This document shows, piece after piece, positions 1 to 9,803 of a stretch of 32,000 nt of DNA. The notes beneath the pieces were generated by a model that was given only the letters and a program-made list of their open reading frames with translations, did not search any database and was not told where the DNA came from. Every line of letters begins with the position of its first letter. The stretch's first letter is position 1. The position numbers were made by a program, and so were the translations under genes. Location: the sequence record CM123845.1; one strand, given 5' to 3'.

Positions 1-673
1 TTGAATATTCCACATTATATCCTGCCACTAATTCTGCTTCAGCTTCTGGAAGATCAAAGGGTGCACGATTTGTTTCCGCAAGACATGAAATAAAAAACAA
101 AATTAATAAAGGGTATAGAGGTACAACATACCATACATAGTGTTGGGCTTGTACAATTGTTGATAGGTTTAAGGTTCCAGCACATAAAAGAACTGTAATT
201 AAAATTAAACCAATAGACACTTCGTAACTCACCATTTGTGCGGCAGATCGAAGACTTCCTAAAAATGCATATTTTGAATTACTTGACCATCCAGCAATAA
301 TAATTCCATACACCCCAAGACTGGAAATAGCAAATAAGTAGAGCACACCCACATCGAGATCTGCTAAAACAGCTCCTGGGCTAAAGGGAATAGCAGCCCA
401 GGCCACTTGACTTAGAAGAAACGTTAAAATAGGAGCTCCCACAAAGAGTACAGTGTTGGCATTGCTTGGTAATACAGGTTCTTTGACCATCAGTTTCACA
501 CCATCAGCAATGGGTTGTAACACGCCAAAAAAACCAACCACATTCGGTCCTTTACGGCGTTGCATGGCTCCTAAAACTTTTCGTTCTGCAAGCACTAAAA
601 ACGCAACACCCAGGAGTAAGGGTACTGTAATACCCAAAATTTTAAGCACACTTGTTACAAGAATACCACTCAT
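1..673 (-). CDS. nad1: NADH dehydrogenase subunit 1 (N-terminal ~224 codons; 3' end lies beyond window start)
   Basis: Reverse-strand translation from ATG (671-673) gives [58 protein letters not shown]...[27 protein letters not shown], which are classic ND1 motifs. The frame stays open to position 1. It is absent from the ORF track because there is no in-window stop. Confidence 0.93.
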   Translation of the reverse strand, partial: MSGILVTSVLKILGITVPLLLGVAFLVLAERKVLGAMQRRKGPNVVGFFGVLQPIADGVKLMVKEPVLPSNANTVLFVGAPILTFLLSQVAWAAIPFSPGAVLADLDVGVLYLFAISSLGVYGIIIAGWSSNSKYAFLGSLRSAAQMVSYEVSIGLILITVLLCAGTLNLSTIVQAQHYVWYVVPLYPLLILFFISCLAETNRAPFDLPEAEAELVAGYNVEYS

Positions 674-707
674 ACACTTGGGACATATCTTTTACATACA
701 ATAGAGT

Positions 708-2240
708 TTATGATGAAAAGCGAGTTGCAAAATCATCAAAAAACGCCTTTAATTTGGCTTCTGTATCAGGTGAAAGAGACTTTTCACGACGAATTGTGTC
801 CACAAGACTACTGTCCACTTGGGCACATACAGCAGCTTCATAGGCAGCAATATCAGATACAGCAATTTTATCAAGATAGCCACGAGTTGCGGCAAATAGA
901 ATCACCACTTGTACCGCAAAATCAATTGGTTGATATTGGTCTTGTTTAAGCACCTCTGTTAAACGTTCGCCACGATTTAAAAGATATTGTGTTGATGCGT
1001 CAAGATCTGAACCAAATTGAGCAAAGGCCGCCACTTCACGATATTGAGCAAGTTCCAGTTTCATTGTTCCAGCCACCTGTTTCATAGCTTTTACTTGAGC
1101 TGCAGAACCCACACGACTCACAGATAAACCTACATTAATAGCTGGTCGAATACCTTTATAAAAGAGTTCTGTTTCTAGGAAAATTTGACCATCAGTAATA
1201 GAAATCACATTGGTTGGAATATAGGCAGACACATCACCAGCTTGTGTTTCAATCACTGGTAACGCTGTTAAACTTCCACCACCCATCTCAGATGACATTT
1301 TAGCCGCACGTTCTAAAAGACGTGAGTGAAGGTAAAACACATCACCTGGAAAGGCTTCACGACCTGGTGGACGACGAAGCAGTAGAGACATTTGACGATA
1401 CGCCACACTTTGTTTACTTAAATCATCATACACAATCAGAGCATGCATACCATTATCACGAAAGTATTCTCCCATAGCACATCCTGAGTAGGGCGCTAAA
1501 AATTGCAGTGGCGCAGGATCACTTGCTGTAGCTGCAACAACAATACTATAGTCCATGGCACCTGCCTGTGTCAGTGTGTTTACAATTTGTGCAACTGTTG
1601 AACGTTTTTGTCCCACCGCAACATACACACAATAGAGTTTTTTACTCTCATCTTGTGTTTGATTCAGATCACGTTGGTTTAAAAAGGTATCCACCGCAAT
1701 GGCTGTTTTACCTGTTTGACGGTCACCAATAATTAATTCACGTTGACCACGACCAATAGGAACAAGACTATCTACCGCCTTAAGACCTGTTTGCATAGGT
1801 TCACTCACACTTTGACGAGCAATAATACCTGGTGCTTTCATTTCTGCACGACGACGTGTCACATTCTCTAGAGGACCACGACCATCAATTGGATTTCCAA
1901 GACCATCCACCACACGTCCAAGTGTTCCAGGACCTACTGGCACATCCACAATAGCACCAGTACGTGTCACAACATCGCCTTCACGAATTGCCACATCAGA
2001 TCCAAAAAGCACGACACCTACGTTGTCGCTTTCCAGATTCAGGGCCATACCGCGAACACCATTTGCAAACTCCACCATTTCACCTGCCTGAATATTATCC
2101 AGACCAGAAACGCGAGCAATACCATCCCCTACACTTAATACACGACCCACCTCATCGCGGGCTACATGACTGTAGGAATCACTAATTTTTTGTTCAAGTA
2201 ATACTGAAATTTCACTTAGAGATACTGCCATAGGTGACAT
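708..2240 (-). CDS. atp1: F1-ATP synthase alpha subunit
   Basis: 510-aa ORF with Walker [15 protein letters not shown] and alpha-subunit conservation throughout (…[18 protein letters not shown]…). ATG start. Confidence 0.97.
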   Translation of the reverse strand: MSPMAVSLSEISVLLEQKISDSYSHVARDEVGRVLSVGDGIARVSGLDNIQAGEMVEFANGVRGMALNLESDNVGVVLFGSDVAIREGDVVTRTGAIVDVPVGPGTLGRVVDGLGNPIDGRGPLENVTRRRAEMKAPGIIARQSVSEPMQTGLKAVDSLVPIGRGQRELIIGDRQTGKTAIAVDTFLNQRDLNQTQDESKKLYCVYVAVGQKRSTVAQIVNTLTQAGAMDYSIVVAATASDPAPLQFLAPYSGCAMGEYFRDNGMHALIVYDDLSKQSVAYRQMSLLLRRPPGREAFPGDVFYLHSRLLERAAKMSSEMGGGSLTALPVIETQAGDVSAYIPTNVISITDGQIFLETELFYKGIRPAINVGLSVSRVGSAAQVKAMKQVAGTMKLELAQYREVAAFAQFGSDLDASTQYLLNRGERLTEVLKQDQYQPIDFAVQVVILFAATRGYLDKIAVSDIAAYEAAVCAQVDSSLVDTIRREKSLSPDTEAKLKAFFDDFATRFSS

Positions 2241-2283
2241 TTATTTTTTTTGTTATCCATATCATGCCTCGCCTCCGGGAGGT

Positions 2284-2356
2284 CAGGAGAAAAGGGAGTC
2301 GAACCCTTAACCTCTGGTTTTGGAGACCATTATTCTACCATTAAAACTATTCTCCT
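2284..2356 (-). tRNA. trnW: tRNA-Trp (anticodon CCA)
   Basis: Reverse-strand cloverleaf with acceptor AGGAGAA/TTCTCCT, anticodon loop CTCCAAA and T-arm AAGGG-TTCGACT-CCCTT. 73 nt. Confidence 0.9.
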
Positions 2357-2451
2357 TGACATATCCTAGCATACATGGATATGGTTTAGCGATGTACTAC
2401 CACGTATCAAACATGTGTTGTGATACATACTGTAAAAAAAAGGGCGTTGGG

Positions 2452-2524
2452 AGCCTACTATCGGAGTTGAACCGATAACCTTCAGTTTACAAAACTGATA
2501 CTCTGCCAATTGAGTTAAGTAGGC
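2452..2524 (-). tRNA. trnT: tRNA-Thr (anticodon UGU)
   Basis: Reverse strand with acceptor GCCTACT/AGTAGGC, D-arm ACTC..GAGT, anticodon stem TCAGT/ACTGA with loop TTTGTAA, and T-arm ATCGG-TTCAACT-CCGAT. 73 nt. Confidence 0.88.
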
Positions 2525-2526
2525 CA

Positions 2527-2600
2527 CGTGCCTGGAAAGATTTGAACTCTCAACCCTCAGATCCGTAGTCTGATACTCTATCCAATTGAGCCACAGGCAC
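2527..2600 (-). tRNA. trnR: tRNA-Arg (anticodon ACG)
   Basis: Reverse strand with acceptor GTGCCTG/CAGGCAC, D-arm GCTC..GAGT, anticodon stem TCAGA/TCTGA with loop CTACGGA, and T-loop TTCAAAT. Only 2 nt separate it from trnT. Confidence 0.88.
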
Positions 2601-2627
2601 ACGCTTGACACACGACACGGATATATG

Positions 2628-2930
2628 CTACCCTCGAATCAGGTTAATATACTCCACTTGAATCGTGCCACGAATACGATAGTACACCACTAAAAGAGCG
2701 AGACCAATGGCACTTTCAGCTGCGGCAACTGTAAGAACAAAGAGTGCAAACATTTGACCAACAACATCGTCTAAGTACACTGAAAACACTAAAAAGTTCA
2801 TATTCACCGCCAACAACATCAGTTCAATGCTCATTAACATCACGAGAATATTCTTGCGGTTCATAAAAATACCCCATAAACCCAATAAAAAAAGAGCCAG
2901 AGCAACAGCAATATAATTGACAATATCCAT
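2628..2930 (-). CDS. nad4L: NADH dehydrogenase subunit 4L
   Basis: 100-aa hydrophobic ORF with ND4L signature …[26 protein letters not shown] start. Confidence 0.93.
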   Translation of the reverse strand: MDIVNYIAVALALFLLGLWGIFMNRKNILVMLMSIELMLLAVNMNFLVFSVYLDDVVGQMFALFVLTVAAAESAIGLALLVVYYRIRGTIQVEYINLIRG

Positions 2931-2951
2931 AGAAAATGTATTGGGATGTTT

Positions 2952-3554
2952 TTACGAGACTTTACGAATCGTACGAGCAAAATCTCGCGTATTTTGAATA
3001 TACACGTGCTGACGTCGAGCACCACGACGGCGTTGTTGTGTGAGTACAATAGCCCCCACCATGGCAACTAATAAAATAAGACTGGCCACTAAAAAATACA
3101 CACCATAATAGGTATAGAGCAGTCGGCCCATAGTATGCATATTGCTGACTTGTGCCAACGTATATGTCCAATTTGTCCAATATACGGATGTATCCATACT
3201 TTGTGTATAGAGAAGTGGTACAAGATCAACATCCACAATAACAAGACCCTCAAGAATAAATAGCAGACCAAGTACACCACCTACGGGTAAATAGCGTAGT
3301 CGACGTTCTTGAAGTTCTGCCATATTAATGTCTAACATCATGACAACAAACAAAAAGAGCACTGCAATAGCACCCACATAAACCACAAGAAATGTCATGG
3401 CAAAAAAATCCAGCCCTAACAGTAATAAAAGTGCTGCACCATGAAAAAATACTAAAATTAAAAAAAGGACACTGTATACAGGATTACGAGATTGAATCAC
3501 CATAACACCACTGGCTAACATTAAACTCGCAAACACATAAAAAAGCGTATTCAT
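2952..3554 (-). CDS. nad6: NADH dehydrogenase subunit 6
   Basis: 200-aa hydrophobic ORF with an ND6-like N-terminus (…SRNPVYSVLFLILVFFHGAALLLLLGLDFFAMTFLVVYVGAIAVLFLFVVMML). It lies directly downstream of tatC and upstream of nad4L. Confidence 0.88.
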   Translation of the reverse strand: MNTLFYVFASLMLASGVMVIQSRNPVYSVLFLILVFFHGAALLLLLGLDFFAMTFLVVYVGAIAVLFLFVVMMLDINMAELQERRLRYLPVGGVLGLLFILEGLVIVDVDLVPLLYTQSMDTSVYWTNWTYTLAQVSNMHTMGRLLYTYYGVYFLVASLILLVAMVGAIVLTQQRRRGARRQHVYIQNTRDFARTIRKVS

Positions 3555-4261
3555 GTTGTAGATGTTTTAGACACACATTGGCGAATACACACACATACTA
3601 ATGTGAATTCATATAGAAGCCAGAAAATCAAGGACACACACATTTGAAACCATGGATGTGGTGGGCATAGAGCACTTACACAAAGTGCGCTACAGATATA
3701 CCATGTACGTCGATAATATGTTATCCATACACTATCCACATATACGTATCCATACATAGGAACTAGAGATATACATACACACCCTACTGGTACCCATATA
3801 CTCCAGGCCACCAACGAACGAACACGCGGCATGGTATCCACACAAAGACCCCACATATCTGATACACCTATTGGCATGCCAAGAAACACGCGGTACACTT
3901 CTGGCCATACATACCATACGCCCCAGAGATATACGCCAGTCATATACACCCATATACAGAGACGAGACCACATCAAAAAGGTGTGTTCATAGACATATCG
4001 TCCCGGAGCCGTATAACATGTATATATATAGTACATGTATCCTAGACTCCAAACACAACCAAGATAGAGACTTATATATAAACCCGTTTGAATGTCTTCT
4101 CCAACATCCAATACATATAACGTGGTCGTGACCGGTGCAATATATGCGTGTAGATAGGTGTAACGATAGATCCAAGCAGTACAACATGCCAGCGTCAGAG
4201 CTATACATACGTAGCATACACGATAGTACAGTTCCTGTATATAGAGTACAAAAGAAGACAT
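3551..4261 (-). CDS. tatC: Sec-independent (twin-arginine) translocase component TatC-like (mttB/ymf16)
   Basis: 236-aa multi-pass hydrophobic ORF. It has an N-terminal ELYYRV (TatC EL-x-x-R), PGRYVYEH (compare P-x-L-Y-x-x-E) and CPPHPW (compare SPPD). It is highly divergent. Its stop overlaps the nad6 ATG (ATGA, 3551-3554). Confidence 0.6.
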   Translation of the reverse strand: MSSFVLYIQELYYRVCYVCIALTLACCTAWIYRYTYLHAYIAPVTTTLYVLDVGEDIQTGLYISLYLGCVWSLGYMYYIYTCYTAPGRYVYEHTFLMWSRLCIWVYMTGVYLWGVWYVWPEVYRVFLGMPIGVSDMWGLCVDTMPRVRSLVAWSIWVPVGCVCISLVPMYGYVYVDSVWITYYRRTWYICSALCVSALCPPHPWFQMCVSLIFWLLYEFTLVCVCIRQCVSKTSTT

Positions 4262-4451
4262 AATAAATAGAGTGTCGGTCTAATAGATATAGAGAGTATA
4301 CACGAGAGACATAGACAATACCTCGTATATCTCAAGGTCTACTCTATATGAGAGACATCCACATGTCTCTATAGACGATTCTCACATAGAGATCACCATC
4401 TCTGTATGACATGTCTATATGTACATTCGATAAAAAACGCACGCCTATACA

Positions 4452-5411
4452 ATGCATCATATTACTCGTCTTTTATATCATATGGCACACTGTGTTCATA
4501 CACCACACACCGGGAATACATGGCCACATGATGTCACATGGACCCCAGATAGTGTGGAGTTTTTTGCGAGTATGGATACATGGCATGGTCAATTTTCACG
4601 ACGTGGTGGTGAAGCACGAGGTAGTCTCTACAGTCGTATGTATACAAATATGCGTATGTTATCTACCATGTATGGTGGTCTTGGATATACAGAGTTACAT
4701 CATGTGGCGCAACGAGCCCATCAATCTCATGGTGTTTGGAGTATCAATTTTATTAAACTTCTAGAACGTCGTTTAGATGTGTGTCTCTGGCGTGCTCTCT
4801 GGGCTACATCCCCTAGTCAGGCACGTGATATGGTACGTCGTGGACATATCACAGTGAATGGTCACGTATGTACTCAAAGTAGTTATAGTGTACAACCAGG
4901 TGATGTGATTGCTATTTGTTCGCAACGTCGATCTCAATATCAACGTGATCTTGTACACACATGGTCTATCACAACATCTCCTGCTACACCATTTGTACAG
5001 CATACATCACAACAGCATGCCGTATCAATAGTATCAAGCATGGATGTCATGGCATACTGCACAGTACATGGAACATGTACTCGTATGTATACATCACCTC
5101 ATGGATGTCTTGCACGTCTGGATACGCACCATAACGCATCGCACCATACACCTCGAGTAGGAGATATTGATGCTGTAGCTTATGCATGTCTTACTACTAT
5201 GCTTGATGACCCAAATATGGCTCGGGTTGTATGGACACATGTACAGTCTATGGATCATACACATGAACAATCTGTGCCTGGTGCTTATGCCATGCCTCAT
5301 ATTGAAGTGGATTATAGCACCATGTCCATGGTCTATCTCTATGCACCTCAACGAGTTGTTTGGACAGCTCTACTTGATATGGATGTTCTCTATACCTATT
5401 TTATGTCATAA
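4452..5411 (+). CDS. rps4: ribosomal protein S4 (long, divergent)
   Basis: 319-aa ORF containing an S4 RNA-binding domain, RLDVCLWRALWATSPSQARDMVRRGHITVNGHVCTQSSYSVQPGDVIAI. The flanking regions are divergent and His/Tyr/Met/Thr-rich. Confidence 0.8.
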   Translation: MHHITRLLYHMAHCVHTPHTGNTWPHDVTWTPDSVEFFASMDTWHGQFSRRGGEARGSLYSRMYTNMRMLSTMYGGLGYTELHHVAQRAHQSHGVWSINFIKLLERRLDVCLWRALWATSPSQARDMVRRGHITVNGHVCTQSSYSVQPGDVIAICSQRRSQYQRDLVHTWSITTSPATPFVQHTSQQHAVSIVSSMDVMAYCTVHGTCTRMYTSPHGCLARLDTHHNASHHTPRVGDIDAVAYACLTTMLDDPNMARVVWTHVQSMDHTHEQSVPGAYAMPHIEVDYSTMSMVYLYAPQRVVWTALLDMDVLYTYFMS

Positions 5412-5486
5412 ACATCAACATCTATTGATGTAAACTTTGATAGAGACATCTATAGATGTCATATCCCAAAAAATATTGTGTTGTTC

Positions 5487-5867
5487 ATGCCTACACGAAT
5501 GCAACTTATGAAACACGCAACGCGTCGTCGAAGCCCACATCGTCGCCGCCGTGCTCCCGCACTTGGCGCTGCACCTCAAAAACGAGGTGTATGTTTTCGT
5601 GTGTATACACGTACACCAAAAAAACCAAATAGTGCTTTACGAAAAGTTGCAAAAATTCGTTTAAGTTCCGGTATTGAAGTTATTGCGTATATCCCTGGAG
5701 AAGGTCATACACTTCAAGAGCATTCTGTTGTTACAATTCGTGGTGGTCGTGTGAAGGATTTACCCGGAGTAAAATACCGAGTCTGTCGTGGTGTCTTGGA
5801 TCTTGGTGGCGTGCAAGGACGTCGCACAGCACGATCAAAATATGGAACACCACGACCTCGTGACTAA
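5487..5867 (+). CDS. rps12: ribosomal protein S12
   Basis: The ORF-track start at 5478 is GTG. The conserved N-terminus MPTRMQLMK begins at ATG 5487. Also has [19 protein letters not shown] and [14 protein letters not shown]. Confidence 0.95.
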   Translation: MPTRMQLMKHATRRRSPHRRRRAPALGAAPQKRGVCFRVYTRTPKKPNSALRKVAKIRLSSGIEVIAYIPGEGHTLQEHSVVTIRGGRVKDLPGVKYRVCRGVLDLGGVQGRRTARSKYGTPRPRD

Positions 5868-5893
5868 CACCACGACCTCGTGACTAACACCAC
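5848..5893 (+). repeat. 2.3 copies of a 20-nt tandem repeat (caccacgacctcgtgactaa) spanning the rps12 stop codon
   Basis: 5848-5867 and 5868-5887 are identical, and 5888-5893 (caccac) starts a third copy. The first copy contains the last 17 nt of the rps12 coding sequence plus its TAA stop. Confidence 0.95.
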
Positions 5894-5908
5894 ACTAGTG
5901 TATCGAGT

Positions 5909-6460
5909 ATGAGTATCTATTCCAACGTGACACACTGTATACACCTACCTCTAGTGTTGTATAGGTATAGTATGTACAACCCTATGACTTTTTTACGACA
6001 ACAATCTGTATTTATGACTTCTGTAGATATGTCTTCCTATATGGAAATTCGACGTATGTGTTTGTCACTTCTTACACGAAGTGGGCATACATGTCGTGCT
6101 CAACGAGTGTGGAATCAAGCTATAACACATATTTCCCATGATCATGCTCATGTTCAACACGTGGTGTGTCAAGCTCTGGATATGTGCGCTCCAATTGTAA
6201 GTTATCGTCGTGTTCGTGTGGCAGGTACATCGCTTCAAGTACCAAAATTGCTCACATCACATCAAGCACGTGCTCAAGGATTACGATGGATTCTTGAAGC
6301 CGCACATCGTCGTCATGGGTATGAGTATGGCATGTGTCTTGGTGATGAATTCGTGGATGCTGCTCGTGGTCAAGGTTGGGCCGTGCAACAACGATATGAA
6401 ATGCATCGTATTGCTGAAGCAAATCGTGCCTATACTCGATATCAATGGTGGACATTATAA
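5909..6460 (+). CDS. rps7: ribosomal protein S7
   Basis: 183-aa ORF with S7 C-terminal conservation …YRRVRVAGTSLQVPKLL…RWILEAA…HRIAEANRAYTRYQWW. It follows rps12, as in the bacterial str operon. Confidence 0.88.
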   Translation: MSIYSNVTHCIHLPLVLYRYSMYNPMTFLRQQSVFMTSVDMSSYMEIRRMCLSLLTRSGHTCRAQRVWNQAITHISHDHAHVQHVVCQALDMCAPIVSYRRVRVAGTSLQVPKLLTSHQARAQGLRWILEAAHRRHGYEYGMCLGDEFVDAARGQGWAVQQRYEMHRIAEANRAYTRYQWWTL

Positions 6461-6499
6461 CGTATGTGTGATCTCCATGAGCATACACTGTCCTATACT

Positions 6500-6570
6500 G
6501 GTCGGGTAACATAATGGTAATGTGTGGGATTGCAAATCCTACAATGGCAGTTCAAGTCTGCCCTCGACCT
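6500..6570 (+). tRNA. trnC: tRNA-Cys (anticodon GCA)
   Basis: Acceptor GGTCGGG/CTCGACC, D-arm ACAT..ATGT, anticodon stem TGGGA/TCCTA with loop TTGCAAA, and T-arm GGCAG-TTCAAGT-CTGCC. 71 nt. Confidence 0.88.
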
Positions 6571-6622
6571 ATTTTCTCTGTGTCTCATGGTGATATTTTA
6601 TAAATAACAACAAGATGTATCT

Positions 6623-8140
6623 ATGAACCTCGTATATGCCAACTGTATTTCTATGGTATTTGACGTGGATCTTCCACTTCTTATTCCATTTCTTTATTGT
6701 AGTGTTGCCACACTGGGTATTCTGGTGTATGGTGTGTATTACTCTACAAACGCCCATCGACATGCCCCAGTACTGATGTCTACAGTCACCTATATGGCTT
6801 TATGGATCTTGGCATTAACAGGTGTATTACTCTATAATGCACCAGATATTTCTGCGACAGTCCTATATCATACTCAGAGTATGGATAGTGTCTCCACAAC
6901 ACTTCAAATGGCCATTGTGTGTACAACCATGGTATCTCTCTGGTGTGGTGTGGGATATTGTATTCGATCTCGCCTCAATAGTTATGAATATGTTGTGCTT
7001 ATTTTGTTGGCGACTCAAGGTATGATGTTATTGGTGTCGAGTCAAGATTTATTGTCCCTCTACCTTGCTATTGAACTGCAGAGTTTATGTTTTTATGTAT
7101 TAGCAGCATATGCACGACATTCGGAATTCGCTGTCGAAGCAGGTTTAAAATACTTTGTATTAGGTGCTCTTTCGAGTGGTTTATTACTTCTTGGAGCAAG
7201 TCTTATGTACGGAGCAACAGGAACCACAAACTTTATGGATATGGCTCAGTTATATGCTGGTGGTACTGGTACAGCACTGATTACAACCCAAGGAATGCCT
7301 ACATGTGAATTAGGACTTTTATTAGTGATTACTGGATTGCTTTTTAAACTCGCTGCAGCACCTTTTCATATGTGGTCTCCTGATGTGTATGAAGGAGCGC
7401 CGACAAGTGTCACAGCATATTTTATGATGGTCCCAAAAATTGCGTTTATGGGAGCTCTTGTTCGTGTGCTCTATGGTGCATGTTATGACTTTATGGAGAC
7501 GTGGCAAACTGCAATTGTGATTGCCAGTGCTGTTTCCATGATTGTTGGTGCCTTTGCCGCTCTTGTACAAACACGACTGAAACGACTTCTTGCATTAAGT
7601 AGTGTTGGTCATGTGGGCTTTATGTTGGCCGCCTTAAGTACAGGTACTCCTGAAGGTGTGCAAGCCATGTTTCTCTATTTATTTGTATACACATGTATGA
7701 ATATCACCATGTTTACATATATTCTTGGGAATCATCAAGGTGGACAAAGTCCACGCCTTGTCACAGATCTTACAGGTATTGGTGCAACACAGCCATTGGT
7801 TGCCCTTACCTTATGCGTGGTGTGGTTTAGCATGGCTGGTATTCCACCACTCGCAGGATTTTATAGCAAAGCTATGGTATTTTATAGTGCCGTTGCGGGA
7901 CATATGAATAGTCTTGCTGTATTAGGGGTGTTAACCAGTGTGGTGAGTTGTTTTTATTATATTCGTGTGATTAAAGTCATGTATTTTGAAACCTCATCTA
8001 CATGGCCTGAAGCACCTCGTATGAGTTATGTTTCAGCATGTATTCAAGCATGCAGTGTTGTTGTCCTGGTATGTTTAATGATGTATCCAGCCCCTATTGA
8101 AAGTCTGGCACAACGTCTTGCTCTATGTGTGTGTGCCTAA
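6623..8140 (+). CDS. nad2: NADH dehydrogenase subunit 2
   Basis: 505-aa hydrophobic ORF with ND2 motifs …LFKLAAAPFHMWSPDVYEGAPTSVTAYF… and …MAGIPPLAGFYSK…. Confidence 0.95.
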   Translation: MNLVYANCISMVFDVDLPLLIPFLYCSVATLGILVYGVYYSTNAHRHAPVLMSTVTYMALWILALTGVLLYNAPDISATVLYHTQSMDSVSTTLQMAIVCTTMVSLWCGVGYCIRSRLNSYEYVVLILLATQGMMLLVSSQDLLSLYLAIELQSLCFYVLAAYARHSEFAVEAGLKYFVLGALSSGLLLLGASLMYGATGTTNFMDMAQLYAGGTGTALITTQGMPTCELGLLLVITGLLFKLAAAPFHMWSPDVYEGAPTSVTAYFMMVPKIAFMGALVRVLYGACYDFMETWQTAIVIASAVSMIVGAFAALVQTRLKRLLALSSVGHVGFMLAALSTGTPEGVQAMFLYLFVYTCMNITMFTYILGNHQGGQSPRLVTDLTGIGATQPLVALTLCVVWFSMAGIPPLAGFYSKAMVFYSAVAGHMNSLAVLGVLTSVVSCFYYIRVIKVMYFETSSTWPEAPRMSYVSACIQACSVVVLVCLMMYPAPIESLAQRLALCVCA

Positions 8141-8197
8141 CACACCTAGAAAGACAACCATAGGTCAAAGTCTATAGAAAAAAACACGAGCACTCTC

Positions 8198-8542
8198 ATG
8201 TATCATGTGCATCTTAAACTAACTGGATATACATGGACACATGTAGCACAAGCTGCTATGTGGTGTTACCATGTTGCTACCATGTGTCATGCACAAAATA
8301 GGCATATGGGTCCTGGCCCACAACGTCGATCTCTGTGTACGGTATTACGGTCTCCCCATGTCAATAAGAAATCTCGTGAACAATTTATGGAACGTACCCA
8401 TACACGTTTTGTATATGCAACGTATACACCATCCATGGCCTATGTGTTTATGGCTCTTGTAGAACGTGCCCATATTCCAGGAATTGAAATGACGTGTCAA
8501 CTGACTCGTCCAGGAACCCTGGATTTTATTGTTTATATTTAA
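8198..8542 (+). CDS. rps10: ribosomal protein S10
   Basis: 114-aa ORF with the S10 core …[27 protein letters not shown]…. Confidence 0.82.
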   Translation: MYHVHLKLTGYTWTHVAQAAMWCYHVATMCHAQNRHMGPGPQRRSLCTVLRSPHVNKKSREQFMERTHTRFVYATYTPSMAYVFMALVERAHIPGIEMTCQLTRPGTLDFIVYI

Positions 8543-8582
8543 AATAAAACCACAAGTAGAGTAACTCACGGTGTTTCAATTG

Positions 8583-9779
8583 TTATCGATCAACTTCACC
8601 AAATACAATATCTTGTGTTCCAATCATGGTAACCACATCAGCAAGCATGTGTCCACGTGCCATAAAATCAATTCCTTGAAGATGTGCAAACCCTGGTGCA
8701 CGAATTTTGCATCGATAGGGGCGATGAGTTCCATTACTTACCAGATACACTCCAAATTCTCCTTTGGGTGCTTCCACTGGCACATAGGTTTGACCTGCTG
8801 GAACAACAACACCTTCTGTATAATATTTAAAGTGATGAATGAGGGCTTCCATAGATTGTTTCATATCACCGCGACTTGGAGGCGTAATCTTGCGATCATC
8901 AACACGAACTGGTCCTGTAGGCATAGTATGTAAACACTGAGCAATAATACGCAGACTTTCACGCATTTCTTCCATACGGATAAGATAGCGATCATAACAG
9001 TCACCACGGGTTCCAACAGGCACAGAAAACTCCATATCCCCATAAACATCATAGGGTTCTGTTTTACGAATATCCCAGGCAACACCACTACCACGTAACA
9101 TAACACCGGAAAAACCCCAATCAAGGGCTTGATCTCGTGTCACACGACCGACATCCACAAGACGTTGTTTCCAAATACGATTTCCAGTTAACATTTCTTC
9201 CATTTCATCAATACGAGATGCAAATTGACGGGCAAAGGCATGAATATCTTGACTTAATCCCATGGGAAGATCTTGTGCAACACCACCTGGACGAATATAC
9301 GCCGCATGCATACGAGCACCGCTCACGCGTTCGTAAAATTCCATGAGCTTTTCACGCTCTTCAAAGGCCCATAAAAATGGGGTTAAAGCGCCAACATCCA
9401 TGGCATGACATGTGAGTGCTAACAGATGATTTAAAAGACGAGTAAGTTCACTATAGAGCACACGAATATATTGTGCTCGGTGTGGTACGGAAACGCCCAA
9501 TAAACGCTCCACCGCCAGAGAGTAGGCGTGTTCTTGACACATCATAGAGACATAGTCTAGACGATCAAAATAGGGCAGAGCTTGGAGATAATTTTTATAT
9601 TCCACAAGTTTCTCCGTACCTCGGTGCAAGAGTCCAATGTGAGGGTCTGCACGCTCTACCACTTCACCTTGCATTTCCAAAACCAAACGAAGCACGCCGT
9701 GGGCCGCTGGATGTTGTGGACCAAAATTCAGGGTAAAGTGTTTTACACGCTGGGGTGTAAGCGCTTGTTCAATAGCCAT
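8583..9779 (-). CDS. nad7: NADH dehydrogenase subunit 7 (49-kDa subunit)
   Basis: The ORF-track start at 9788 is GTG. The first ATG (9777-9779) gives [39 protein letters not shown]…, conserved through to …IVFGEVDR. Confidence 0.96.
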   Translation of the reverse strand: MAIEQALTPQRVKHFTLNFGPQHPAAHGVLRLVLEMQGEVVERADPHIGLLHRGTEKLVEYKNYLQALPYFDRLDYVSMMCQEHAYSLAVERLLGVSVPHRAQYIRVLYSELTRLLNHLLALTCHAMDVGALTPFLWAFEEREKLMEFYERVSGARMHAAYIRPGGVAQDLPMGLSQDIHAFARQFASRIDEMEEMLTGNRIWKQRLVDVGRVTRDQALDWGFSGVMLRGSGVAWDIRKTEPYDVYGDMEFSVPVGTRGDCYDRYLIRMEEMRESLRIIAQCLHTMPTGPVRVDDRKITPPSRGDMKQSMEALIHHFKYYTEGVVVPAGQTYVPVEAPKGEFGVYLVSNGTHRPYRCKIRAPGFAHLQGIDFMARGHMLADVVTMIGTQDIVFGEVDR

Positions 9780-9803
9780 ATCACACACGTTGTTTTATAG
9801 GTA

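Noticed and set aside
4262-4451. Searched the longer spacers (4262-4451, 18350-18549, 20564-20711, 22300-22544, 30557-30677) for additional tRNAs or small genes.
   Set aside because: I could find no cloverleaf-compatible acceptor and T-arm pairings and no conserved short ORFs. They contain only short palindromes and CTCTATA-type motifs. A tRNAscan/ARAGORN run is still advisable.
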